Both the position numbers and the translations under genes were made by a program. Below, piece after piece: positions 22,972 to 34,020 of a stretch of 64,000 bases of DNA (the first letter of the stretch is position 1; each line of letters opens with the position of its first letter). A model generated the notes under the pieces. It made no database searches. It was given only the letters and a program-made list of their open reading frames with translations, and was not told the origin of the DNA. The stretch covers positions 99,634,001-99,698,000 of the forward strand of contig NC_043001.1 in assembly GCF_006345805.1 (NCBI RefSeq), written 5' to 3'. Source of the DNA: Octopus sinensis (Eukaryota).

Positions 22972-24352
22972 ATCATCTTCATCATCATCGTTTAACGTCC
23001 GCTTTCCATGCTGGCATGGGTCGGACAATTTGACCGAGGACTGGCAAACCAGATGGCTGCACCAGGGTCCAATCTTGATCTGGCAGAATTTCTACAGCTG
23101 GATGCTCTTCCTAATGCCAACCACTCCGAGAGTGTAGTGGGTGCTTTTATGTGCCACCGGCATGGGGGCCTGTCAGGCAGTACTGGCAACGACCTCACTC
23201 AAATCTTTTTACACATGCCCCTGGCACAGGTACCAGTAAGGCGATACTGGTACAGATCATGCCCTCAAGTGGTGCCTTTCACGTGCCACCAGCACGGAAG
23301 CCAGTTAGCTGCTCTGGCACGATCACGCTCGGATGGTGCTCTTAGCACCGTACTAGCATGGGGCTCAAGTGCCAGTAAGGCGATGCTGGTAATGATCACA
23401 CTCAAATGGCGCCTTTTATGTACCACTGGCACAGAAACTGGTTAGTCACTCTGTCAACAATCACACTCGTATGGTGCTTTTTTTCACCCCGCTAGCACGA
23501 ATGCCAATCATCGATTTTGATTTTGATTTTGATTTTTGCTTTCACTCGCCTCAACAGGTCTTCGCAAGCAGTGTTCAATGAAGGGAAGGTACGCATAAGT
23601 GGGCTGGTTATGCCCCTGGCATAGGCCACGAGGTTATGGTCACATTTGGCTTCCCGGGTCTTCACAATCACAGCATATTTCCAAAAGTCTCGGTCAGTAG
23701 TCATTTCCTTGGTGAGGCCTAAAGTTCAAAGGTCGTGCTTCACCACTTCATCCTGCCCAGGCTATTCTTTTTCTAGCAGCTACACTTTCAGCACATCCTC
23801 CCCTCGCTACTGACTTGGTCACCAAGGTAACGGAAGCTATCAACTACTTCTAGTTTTTCTCTCTGGAATGTGGTGGAAGTTGTTCACTGCGCATTTTCAG
23901 TGTTTATTGCTCCTGAGCATCTGGCACATACAAAAACTATCTTCCCAGTTAGCCTTCCTTTGATATTACTGCACCTCTTATGTGTCCATAGATTACACTG
24001 GGTACATCTTATAGAGTTTCTACTTATGCCTCTACTACAGATCGAGCAGGCCATCTACCTGAAGGGATTTGTGGTTTGTTTGCCTTCCTACTTACTAAGA
24101 CTTTGGTTTTAGTTAGGTTGACTCTAAGGCCCTTCAATTCTAATCCTTGTTTCCATACTTGAAACTTCTCTTCTAGTTCTGATAGTGACTCAGCAATTAG
24201 AGCAAGGTCGTCAGCATAGAGGAGCTCCCAGGGGCATCCTGTCTTGAATTCCTCTGTTATTGCTTGGCGGGCTATGATAAATAGGAGGGGGCTGAGGACT
24301 GAACCTTGGTAGACCCCTACCTCTACCCTGAATTCTTCAGTGTACTCGTTCA
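22972..24352 (-). mobile_element. RTE LINE, 5'-truncated with an internal deletion, multi-module 3' UTR
   Basis: ORF 24024-24392 contains GVYQGSVLSPLLFII...LLYADDLALI; deletion junction near 23757; tail CATCATCATCGTTTAACGTCC at ~22975. Confidence 0.85.
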
Positions 24353-24599
24353 CATATATATATATGTGTGTGTGTATGTATATATACGTCAAGAATAACT
24401 ATTGTTTCTTTCAAAAGTGACAAAGGTTTAATAGGACTGCAAAAAAGAAGTGCTCAAATAAATGAGGCAAGGATAATTAAACATTGGTTATAGTACAAAC
24501 ATTAAAATGAGTTAACGACTATATACGGTATCAAACCACAAACATACATCATATCATCAATAAATATTACCATGGCTTTCATAATATATAAATCAAAGT

Positions 24600-24830
24600 A
24601 AGGCGGCGAGCTGGCAGATACATTAGCATGCCAGGCGAAGTGCTTAGCCATATTTTGTATGCCATTATGTTCTGAGTTCAAATTCCACCGAGGTTGACTT
24701 TGCCTTTCATCCTTTCGGGGTCAATTAAATAAGTACCAGTTACACTAGGGTCGATGTTATTGACTTAAACCCTTTGTCTATCCTTGTTTGTCCTCTCTAT
24801 GTTTAACCTCCTGTGGGCAATAAAGAAATA
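24600..24830 (+). mobile_element. tRNA-derived SINE with Deu/Nin-like central domain
   Basis: A-box-like GGCGAGCTGG, B-box-like GAGTTCAAATTCC, then GCCTTTCATCCTTTCGGGGTCAATTAAATAAGTACCAGT resembling the Deu/Nin domain. Confidence 0.7.
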
Positions 24831-25332
24831 AATATATAAATCAAAATATATAAGACACACAAATACAGAAAACTACCAAGGTAAAAATATACATATATGC
24901 AAAAAAAAAAAAAAAGAACGTTTAGGAACACCCTATCAAAAGACCACTAAAAATTTATAAAATACTTTAAAATACTAAATATATGTCTTGCTGAAAAAGT
25001 TGAGAAAGCGGGTAAACAAATAAAGAATAAATCAACTAAAACGTTATATTTACTTCACTCACACCAAAAGGTAATAATCCATGAATAAAGATTTTTTTTT
25101 TCTAATAAAAAAATACGTCCACACAGAATATAATTTGTTCACCAATTAAACTAAACACATCATCTATGGCCATTTCGGGAGCACATCACCATAGCTAGCA
25201 GATGATGCATATCATGGCAATGGCTCCCGTCATCAGGATGAAAAGAGTGATAGAACACATATACAAAACCAGGACAACCTTATCATACCGCAAGCCTACT
25301 TTATTACTTAGAAGGGAAAAAAACGTTGTCTA

Positions 25333-25675
25333 TCTATATATATAAAAGTGAAGTTGTGTGAGTGTCTGTCTCCTACGATTTAGATTCCTAACTACTCCCA
25401 CATTTTGCGGTGCAGTTTAACCAAAACCGGGTATCTTATAGTCGTGATTCATATCGAGCCCTTCTGGGTATTAGCGCGCATCTACGATGAGTCTACGATT
25501 TAAAAAAAAATTTACCATAATTTTTTCCATTTTAATGCATTTTTCGCTATTATATAAGGGAAGTAACTCTCTAAAAATGTCTACGATGAGTCAACGATTT
25601 AAAAAAAAAATTACCATCATTTTTTTTTCCATTTTTAATGCATTTTTTGCTATAACTCTCGGGCGATACTGCTAG
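25333..25675 (+). mobile_element. Non-autonomous Helitron-like element
   Basis: Inserted between A (25332) and T (25676); begins TCTATATATATAAAAGTG and ends GCTAG; no TSD; internal ~90-bp tandem duplication (CTACGATGAGTCWACGATTTAAAAAAAAA...); 3' hairpin only partial. Confidence 0.65.
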
Positions 25676-26016
25676 TTTCTAATAAAGCTAAAAATATAAG
25701 ATGTAAGCCAGAATAAAGCAGAAAACACCCACAAAAATTAAAGTTACAGATTTATCTCCCCTATACTGCAAAGTAACTGAGTGAACAATTATCTCCCCTT
25801 GCAGTATTTTTTCCCTAGCAATTTTATCTCTTTCAACTCTCAGTTTCATGAGCAATGCGAAACTGGTCCTTACTTCAATTATTTTGAAAGAACAACTTAT
25901 TTTGTATAAAATTTTATATCTTTATTATCATGGCTGTAATATATTCTTAAATCCTGTAAAACAAGTCTGTGTTTTTCGTCTTATGTCTCTGTCTGTCTCT
26001 GTCTGTCTGTCTGTCT

Positions 26017-26047
<31 letters not shown>

Positions 26048-26064
26048 GTGTGTGTGTGTGTGTA

Positions 26065-26290
26065 ATATATGAGTAATTTTTTGCCTCCTCTTCGGAGACA
26101 AACGTAACCGACATTGAGCCGTATTTCTTTCCTGTGCAGAAGGTGGTTACCTTCTTTATTTCTTGGAGACATTTTCCCACCTCCTCCTGCATCGCCATTT
26201 CTATCCTCTTTGACGTCAGGGACGACGTTCTGTAAACGATTTATTTCTTCCGCGCTTTTATAACTTCCTCTTTGGATTTATAATACCCTT
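26065..26290 (-). mobile_element. Fragment resembling the N-terminal part of a non-LTR ORF1 (gag-like)
   Basis: YRTSSLTSKRIEMAMQEEVGKCLQEIKKVTTFCTGKKYGSMSVTFVSEEEAKNYS, truncated by a microsatellite; resemblance to ORF1 RRM-like segments is from recall only. Confidence 0.3.
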
Positions 26291-26334
26291 TTCCTGTATA
26301 TCATCATCTGAAATCCAGACATAAACTACTGTCC

Positions 26335-27312
26335 TTGAATGCCCGTAGTTTATGCAACAAGGTGCATCTTTTTGTCTCCTACGTCAAAAGTATCAACCCA
26401 GATTTCATCACAGTCACGGAAACATGGGCACACTCTGCACTCTGTGATGGAGTTTTCAGCATAACCGGCTACAACCTGTTCCGCAAAGACCGCATTAATC
26501 GCCGTGGAGTGGGTGTGATGATTTATGTTCGATCAAATCTATCGGCAATCCCCTGTGATGATTTGAACCAATCTCAGCAGGAAGTATTTTTCTGCAATAT
26601 ACACATGACCATGTCAACACTTCTGCTCGGAGTCGTTTACCGTCCTCCAAATTATCGCCAAGACGCACAGCTTTTTGATATCCTCAGAGCTGCTGCCATG
26701 AAAACAGCCACATATGTGTATATTGCGGGCGACTTCAATTTCCCTGAGATTGACTGGGAGGCCTTCCGTTGGCCGCAAAGTGCAGACGATTTCCTTGAAC
26801 TGGTGCTGAATTCAAATTGGTCCCAAGTTGTTACCTCCCCCACAAGGGGTAACAACACTTTGGATCTGCTACTTACCGCTTCTCCTGAAACAATCATTAG
26901 TGTCACTACCGAAGAAACTTTAGGTGACTCTGATCATTCCATGATCATGGCCGACTTGTCTCTGATTGGTTGTAATAAAAAACACAACCATCTTCAGACT
27001 GCCTGCTTTGACTGGAATAAAGCAAACTGGAGCTCTTATTGTACTGAGCTGCAACGCCCAAACTGGCGCGAATTTTATGCCTCTGGAGATGTGGACACTA
27101 TACTCCAGAACATTCTGAATTCAATATGGGCAGCATGTGCAGCATCAGTACCACGCAAGCACAAAAAACATCCAGTAGTGCAATTTGGGAGACTGCAGCA
27201 GTCCGACTTGCCAGGAAAGAACGCTGTAATGCTGAACAAGAATACAAATTGCACAAATCAGAGAGCAACAGGAAAAAGCGCAATAGGTCAGCCAACCACC
27301 TCAAGCAGGTGA
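26335..27312 (+). pseudogene. APE-type endonuclease domain of the CR1-group LINE (frameshifted)
   Basis: The reading frame shifts in the A6 run near 27163; a second shift, apparently a short deletion, at ~27365 separates it from the RT frame. Confidence 0.85.
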
Positions 27313-27516
27313 CAAAAAAGGCAGTGCTTGAATTTGAACAACGCATTGTAGCTAACCCTGACAGTTGGTCCCCTTCGCAATCCCCACACAGGACAGATTA
27401 CTGGCAATCCCGAAGAATGTGCAGAAATCATTGCTGGATGCTATGCCGGCATCTTTACTGTCGAAGACCAAAATGTTCCATCTTCATCACCACTGACATC
27501 GGACTCTAAATCTACT

Positions 27517-29043
27517 ATGCAATTTACACCAGCAATGTTGCAACGCCACCTTAAGAATAAACGCAATTATGCCTCTCCTGGTCTCGATGGTGTTACATAC
27601 CTACTTCTCAAACGCGGTGGGTACTTTCTTCTAAGCCAAAGCCAACTTTCTTTATTCTTCCAATTCTGTCTTGACAATGGTGTTACTCCAGAACAGTGGA
27701 AAACTGCCAGTGTCATCCCTCTGTTCAAAAAAGGCGACCGCACATCGCCTGTCAACTATCGCCCCGTCAGTCTTACTAGCTGCATCGCCAAACTGATGGA
27801 ATCCTGTATCAGAGAAGCCCTTTGGATCTTCTGGAAGTCTCACAGCCTCATCCAGCCGTCACAATTCGGATTTATTCCTAACTCCAGCTGCTGTAATCAA
27901 CTCATCGAGTTTCTTGAGGACGTTACCCAAATCACTGATCGCAGATCGTGGGTAGATGTTGTTTACCTGGACTTTGCTAAGGCTTTTAACTCTGTGCCAC
28001 ACAAAAGACTTATGGTGAAGCTTTCTGCGTTGGGTGTAAGAGACGAACTCTATAACTGGTTGAAGTCCTTTATTTTCAGCCGAAAAGAGGTTGTCACAGT
28101 TCTAGGACAGCACTCTTCGCCCTATGAGATGACATCTGGTGTACCACAGGGATCTGTTCTTGGCCCCCTTTTATTTGTTGCATATGTTAATGACATAGGT
28201 GCCAACTTAATGAATGCCACAGTGCTGAAATATGCAGATGACATCAAGCTGTACCTCGAAATAAAGAGGTCAAATCCTGTACACTATAGATCTCTATTGC
28301 AAGCAGACCTGGACACAATGCAGCAGTGGATCATGGACTGGCAACTCAAGCTGGCTGTGGACAAATGTACCACCATGCATTTTGGGAGGAGAAACCCAGC
28401 GTCCACCTACTCCCTCCACAACACTAGTCTCAAAAAGTCTTCATGTGAACGTGACCTGGGTGTTATTGTCGACAGTGATTTGTGTTGGACAAAACACATC
28501 GCTAAAATTGTCAAGAAGGCTGAGGGTGTCTTGGCATCACTCACCAAATCCTTTGTGAGCCGCTCTCCGGCTATCTATCTGCGGCTCTATATAGCTATGG
28601 TAAGACCTCACCTGGAATTTGCATCACCGGTCTGGAACCCCTATCTTGCCCAGGATATCAATCGTCTGGAAGCTGTTCAGCGACGTGCAACCAAAAGAAT
28701 ACCCTCCATCAGGCATTTGCCATATCCTGAACGCCTTACTTCCCTGGGCATGGACACATTGAAACTCCGACGTCTGGCAGCTGACTTGGCAGACACCCAT
28801 AAAATTATCAACCATCGTACAAACAATAACTCTGAGTACCTTTTCAAACTCCACCCATCTAACACCCGTGGACATATTTACAAAGTAAGAAAACAGCACA
28901 GCTCCCATGACTTCAGGAAACATTTTTTCACACTGAGAGTTGCTGAAGCATGGAACAAACTGCCGGCATCAGTTGTTAGTTGTCGGAGCACTGCATCCTT
29001 CAAAACTTCCATGCTTTCTGAGATTCGCCAACACTACACCTGA
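27517..29043 (+). CDS. Reverse transcriptase domain of the CR1-group LINE ORF2 (508-aa open segment)
   Basis: Uninterrupted ORF with all non-LTR RT motifs; it is part of a broken ORF2, not a host gene. Confidence 0.88.
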   Translation: MQFTPAMLQRHLKNKRNYASPGLDGVTYLLLKRGGYFLLSQSQLSLFFQFCLDNGVTPEQWKTASVIPLFKKGDRTSPVNYRPVSLTSCIAKLMESCIREALWIFWKSHSLIQPSQFGFIPNSSCCNQLIEFLEDVTQITDRRSWVDVVYLDFAKAFNSVPHKRLMVKLSALGVRDELYNWLKSFIFSRKEVVTVLGQHSSPYEMTSGVPQGSVLGPLLFVAYVNDIGANLMNATVLKYADDIKLYLEIKRSNPVHYRSLLQADLDTMQQWIMDWQLKLAVDKCTTMHFGRRNPASTYSLHNTSLKKSSCERDLGVIVDSDLCWTKHIAKIVKKAEGVLASLTKSFVSRSPAIYLRLYIAMVRPHLEFASPVWNPYLAQDINRLEAVQRRATKRIPSIRHLPYPERLTSLGMDTLKLRRLAADLADTHKIINHRTNNNSEYLFKLHPSNTRGHIYKVRKQHSSHDFRKHFFTLRVAEAWNKLPASVVSCRSTASFKTSMLSEIRQHYT

Positions 29044-29589
29044 TTTTCTCCCCTCCATACACACACAGGCATGTATCTGACTCATACATTGTTCGCTTTC
29101 CAGACATTTCTACATTACTGCATGTACTTTATATGCACTTTCTGACAAGTTGTGGTGTACCTGAGCACTGTATACAATAATTTCATTATTATTATTATAA
29201 TATGAAGCCAAATACATAATATAACATACAGTGCCAAAAGATATGAAGGACTACAAGCCGTTCTGCTATTTGAGAGAGAAGACTTTATTTACAGTGTACA
29301 AAGTGAAAGTGTTGTGAGTGCTAGCGAAGTGGGCGATCTTCCGTTACAAGAACACTACAAAACACGTGTGTTTATTTACATTTGTGAAGATGTCGTCGAT
29401 TTCTGTAAATTTTTAAAAATATTTTTACATATGGGGTTGAGGGTAAATGGGATCTTTTGATGTTGGCGTGAATCGGAAGATTTGATGTGCGTGCGTGCGT
29501 ATATGTGTGTGTGTGTTTGATGGGGTGTGCGAGACACATACACACATACAAATACTTACACACACACATAGGATGATACAATCTTAAGC

Positions 29590-29998
29590 AGAAAATCTGG
29601 TAAAATTGGCAGAGACGGTGAATGTAGGAGAAACGGTGATGAAAGTGTGAGTGGCGGGCAGAAGCCCTTACTGCTATAAATGTCACCAAAAAGGGCCACA
29701 TTAGAGCGGACTGCCCTCAAAACACAAGCAAGCCAGGAGAAAGCCGAGAATGAGAAGATGGTGGAAGATAATGATGAAACAGACGAGGAAAAAGTATGGA
29801 GTGTGGCTGGAAGGAGAAAACAGAGGAAGAAGAAGAAGGACAGTCAAAGTGAGCCCCAACCCGTACCCACCCCACCCATACCTTCACAGCCCCACCCTCC
29901 CGCTGCAGACACCAAACCCACCCATTCCCCACCGACACAAAAACAGAAAAAAGAAGTGCAAACACACACAAATTCACAAAACTCCCCTGCCTTGTGTT
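29590..29998 (+). mobile_element. Zinc-knuckle ORF1 relic of a non-LTR retrotransposon
   Basis: Removing one A from the A5 run at ~29688 gives VAGRSPYCYKCHQKGHIRADCP (CX2CX4HX4C), followed by a basic WSVAGRRKQRKKKK segment. Confidence 0.55.
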
Positions 29999-30236
29999 TG
30001 TTGTTGTTATATATATATAATGTATTGAGTATTAAAGGAAGTAGTGAGTACTTAGTATGAAAGATTAAGAAAATGAGAGAGACTGAAAAAACGTGTTAAC
30101 GATACGAGATATTTTATTAGACTGCCGTTGTTGTACAAGGTATTTGTTGTGGCGGGAAACTTATTGAATGTCCTTGTATCAAGGGAGACAATGGGCAACG
30201 TTGATTGTTCATGTTTGTTGTGATGATTACATAACA
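29999..30236 (-). repeat. 3' LTR (238 bp)
   Basis: Starts TGTTATGTAATC and ends AACAACA on -; differs from the 5' LTR by 2 substitutions and 2 fewer AT units. Confidence 0.95.
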
Positions 30237-30250
30237 TCTTCCTTTTTTTT
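30237..30250 (-). promoter_or_regulatory. Polypurine tract of the Gypsy element
   Basis: AAAAAAAAGGAAGA immediately precedes the TG of the 3' LTR on -. Confidence 0.85.
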
Positions 30251-31279
30251 ATTATCATCATCTGTATCTACAGGGAATAATTATTCGTCGTCCACTTTTT
30301 GTGGTTTTATTATTTTGTAGTGTTGAATTCTGTAGTTGTGCTGTTTTTGTTTTTTCATGCGTGTTTGTTGACTTTGGAAATATATTTTCATAATCTAATT
30401 CTTCTGTTATGCGAACGTGTTCGTTTGTTTTAAGAATATGTTGTCTATTTCGTTTGACTGTATTACCTTCCTCTGTTATTACTAAGTATGAACGAGGTTG
30501 CTCTAGTTTTTTTAATTATTTTGCCCCTTCTAAACCAATTGTTGTTAAACTTAATTCTAACCGTGTCGTGTGGTTTTAACTCTTGGAGTTCTGTTGTAAT
30601 GTTTGATTTCTTCTTTTCGTGAGGCCTGATACCAATTTTGTCGTGTAGTAAGTTTGGGAGATTTGTTCGCAATATTCTATTCATTATTTGATTTGCAGGG
30701 GATGGTGCACCATTTTGTAATTTAGTCGTGCGTAATGCTAAGAGCGCTAACTGAGGTTCTTCGCCACTCTTGAATGCCTTTTTTAGCGTCTTTTTTATTG
30801 TCTGTACATTTCTCTCAACCATGCCATTCGCTTGATGATAATGCGGGCTTGTCTTCGTGTGATGAAAATGCCAATTTTTTGCAATTTTTTGAATTCAGCC
30901 GAATTGAATTCTGGACCGTTGTCACTTACAACTGTTTGCGGAATTCCGAATTTAGCAAAAGTTTCTTTTAATTTTTGATTACGGTTTTTGACTGGCAATC
31001 ATTTATTTCGTGTAGATCAAAAAATCTTGTTGTATAGTCAATAATTGTGACATACGAATTTCCAGACAGGTGAAATACGTCTGTACCCACTTTGGTCCAT
31101 GGTGTAGTAGGTATTTCATGATTTATTAGTGGTTCGGCTGATTGTTGGTTTTTGTAGTCGATGCAGTATGAGCATGTGTTAATCATGTCTTTGATTTGAG
31201 CGTTAATGCCAGGCCAGTATATACATTCCTTCGCTCTCTCTATGCATTTTTCGATACCCATGTGTCCGGTATGTATTTC
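30250..31279 (-). pseudogene. Gypsy integrase (frameshifted, separated from RT/RH by the hAT)
   Basis: HTGHMGIEKC...YWPG...CSYC zinc domain, catalytic segments VGTDVF, VSDNGPEF and NGMVERNVQTIK, C-terminal TKSGRRIIIPCRY; shifts at ~30975, ~30885 and ~30510. Confidence 0.9.
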
Positions 31280-31287
31280 CTGTAGAG

Positions 31288-33662
31288 CAGTGATTCCCAA
31301 GGTGGGGCGTACGCCCCACTGGTGGGGCCTGAGAAAATTCAGGTGGGGCGCGGGGCATAGACGTGGGCTGTGAAAATATTTGTACATGACGAGCGGTCAT
31401 CGCGGGCACAACCTTAGATTCCGTCTTTCCTTTGAAGCCTCCACATCGGAAACTCTCGCACCCCAGCGAGACAAAGAAGATCCCGCACTGAGCAATAAAC
31501 TTACTATTCAGATAAGCCAATCAATTGCCTCAATTAGTTTGCCTCAATTAGTCTTTTGTTAGCCCTATTGAAAATGAGCAAACCAAACAAGAAGAAGACT
31601 CGTCAATACGCGGTGGAGTTTTTGAAGTTTGGATTCATTCCTGATGAGCATGATGAGCGTAAACCGTTTTGCTTATTATGTAATCAGACGATGAGCAATG
31701 AGTCAATGAAGGCAGGTAGGCTGGAAGCGCACTTAAAGGTAAGACATCCTAATAATTCTAATTTAGATTTGGAATACTTCAAATCATTGAAAGAAAAATT
31801 TAAAAACCGAACAAAACTCACTTCACTATTTCATGCAAAACAAGCGCCTCATACTCGTGCCCTTGAAGCCAGCTACGAAATCTCCTTGCTTATAGCAAAA
31901 CATGGAAAGAATCACACTATTGGAGAGCAACTGATTAAACCTGCTATCTCAATATTCTTAAAAACTGTATTACAAAAAGATGATGGAGATATCAGGACTA
32001 TGCCACTCAGTAATAACACTGTCTCGAACAGAATAGATGAAATGGGGCAAGATGTTGAAAGCCAGCTCATTGAGAAATTAAAATTGCGTAAGTTTTCATT
32101 ACAAATGGACGAATCCACAATCCGGGACAGTGAGGCTCTGTTATTGACTTATGTGAGGTATATTGACCACGAGGAGTTTCAGGAAGAGATGCTGTTCTGC
32201 GAATCGTTTGAAACCACCACAACTGCAAATGATATTTACATCAAAATCAAACATTATTTGGATGCAAACAAAATACCAAAGGAAAACTTACTGGCATGTG
32301 CGGCAGACGGTGCACCTGCCATGATGGGCAAGAATACGGGATGCTTAAAAATGATGAAGGATGAAAATCCAAACATGTTGACTGTCCATTGTGTAATACA
32401 CCGAGAAAACTTGGTTGCCAAGAAATTGTCCCCTGTTCTTAACAAGATTCTTCAAAGTGTGATCAAGTGTGTCAACAGCATTAAAAGAAATTCTAAATCT
32501 GAACGTCTTTTTAAGCAGTTTTGTATAAATCAAAGTGCCGAACATGTTCGATTATTGCTTCATACAGAAGTAAGATGGCTATCAAGTGGAAACTGCTTAA
32601 AGAGGTTCATGGAATTATTTGATCAGATTAACGACTTTCTTAGTGATAAATGTGAAATGAAATTGCTGTCAACAACGGATGGAAAAGCATTTGTCAGTTA
32701 TTTGACAGACATATTTGAGAAACTTGGAAACTTGAATAAACAACTTCAAGGTGCAAACATGACACTTATTGATGCAAAAGCAAAGATTTTTGGATTTATT
32801 ACAGCTCTCGAATTATGGAAAAAGAAATTTTCCAAAAGAAATTTCAGTGAACTTTACTGGTTGAGTAAATGTGAAATAACGAATGATGCTGGCATTGTAA
32901 TTATTGATCATTTAAATATCTTGATAAAGGATTTCAATGACAGATTTTGCGATTTAAAGGCAATGAATTTTCCTTCTTGGTTAACTCAACCGCTTCTGAT
33001 TAACGTTTCTGATGCTACAATCCAATACCAAGAAGAGTTATCAGAATTACAACATGATGAATCAGTGAAGACTTTGTTTAAATTGAAAGGTACAAAGATG
33101 TGGCTATATGACGAGGTTGAAAGAAAATATCCTAAAATTTCTACATCAGCGAGAGAGCTACTGATTCCTTTCCCTTCGTCTTATTTGGTCGAATGTGGTT
33201 TTAGTGCAGTTGATAATTTGCTCGAAGCCAAGAGAAACCGGCTTGAGATTACAAAACGTGGCGATTTACGACTGAAATTAACAAAGTTGTCTCCTCAAAT
33301 TAAAAACTTGTGCTGTATGCATCAGGCACAGGGTTCTCACTAAATTAGTCGAGCTGACCGTCAAATAATTGAACTGAAAAAACGTGTTTCTTTATTCTTT
33401 ATAAATTGACATTTTTTAAAAACATGAGAAATCGTAATAATTTTATCGATTTATTGGGTGTTATGCACTTTCAGTGCCTGTTGTTTCAATTCTCAAACTA
33501 TTTTTTTGTATTTTGAATACAATTTTTTAATTTTTGATTTTTTTTCAATTGTAAGTAGGCCCACATGTACTTGTAAATGTGAGTGGACATGGGAAAAGGT
33601 GGGGCGTAAAAACTTTTGCTATGAAAAAGTGGGGCGCCGGGAAAAAAGGTTGGGAAACACTG
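31288..33662 (+). mobile_element. hAT transposon, Buster family, full length, apparently autonomous
   Basis: TIRs CAGTGATTCCCAA / CAGTGTTTCCCAA (12 of 13 match); perfect 8-bp TSD CTGTAGAG (31280-31287, 33663-33670) with central TA; repeated subterminal GTGGGGC motifs; 2375 bp. Confidence 0.97.
31574..33343 (+). CDS. Buster-type hAT transposase, 589 aa, intact ORF
   Basis: BED finger CLLC...HLKVRH; QMDEST (D1), ADGA (D2), HCVIHRE (CxxH), EVRWLS, SSYLVECGFS (E); C-terminal HQAQGSH typical of ZBED5/SCAND3/Buster-like proteins; no stops or shifts. Confidence 0.95.
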   Translation: MSKPNKKKTRQYAVEFLKFGFIPDEHDERKPFCLLCNQTMSNESMKAGRLEAHLKVRHPNNSNLDLEYFKSLKEKFKNRTKLTSLFHAKQAPHTRALEASYEISLLIAKHGKNHTIGEQLIKPAISIFLKTVLQKDDGDIRTMPLSNNTVSNRIDEMGQDVESQLIEKLKLRKFSLQMDESTIRDSEALLLTYVRYIDHEEFQEEMLFCESFETTTTANDIYIKIKHYLDANKIPKENLLACAADGAPAMMGKNTGCLKMMKDENPNMLTVHCVIHRENLVAKKLSPVLNKILQSVIKCVNSIKRNSKSERLFKQFCINQSAEHVRLLLHTEVRWLSSGNCLKRFMELFDQINDFLSDKCEMKLLSTTDGKAFVSYLTDIFEKLGNLNKQLQGANMTLIDAKAKIFGFITALELWKKKFSKRNFSELYWLSKCEITNDAGIVIIDHLNILIKDFNDRFCDLKAMNFPSWLTQPLLINVSDATIQYQEELSELQHDESVKTLFKLKGTKMWLYDEVERKYPKISTSARELLIPFPSSYLVECGFSAVDNLLEAKRNRLEITKRGDLRLKLTKLSPQIKNLCCMHQAQGSH

Positions 33663-34020
33663 CTGTAGAGCTTCTCTACGTAATGACTTAGGTACAATTA
33701 TTCTTGAACCTTTTAGAACGAGACCATTGACGATTGATATTTCATCACGAACGGAGACGAATGGTTTTATGTTTATTGGTATTTTGTCTTTTGGGGGCCA
33801 TTCTGTTCTTGTATATGTGATGAGTGTCTGTAGTGACGGGTCGTCTGCAGTGGCTTCTTTATACTCGTTTAATTTAGTGTCGGTTATGGGGTAATTTTTT
33901 ATTACTGCATGTATGTGCGATTTCATATCTTCGTCTGATACTTCTGGAGTATTTTGCTCAAGGTATGCACGTGATAGGGTATCTGCAACAATTGATTCTT
34001 TACCAGATATGTGGTTTAGG

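Larger units (their letters stand above)
26300..29198 (+). mobile_element. CR1-group LINE, ORF2 only (APE endonuclease + RT), 3' tail (TTA)n
   Basis: EN motifs LNARSLCNK, TETW, GVVYRPP, GDFN, LDLLL, SDH; RT motifs NYRPVSL, YLDFAKAF, VPQGSVLGPLLF, YADD; C-terminus TRGH...FFTLRV...WNKLP; tail CATTATTATTATTAT. Confidence 0.9.

Noticed and set aside
24600-24700. tRNA genes (also at ~42300 and ~61200-61275)
   Set aside because: A/B boxes are present but no cloverleaf, and each continues into a SINE body.
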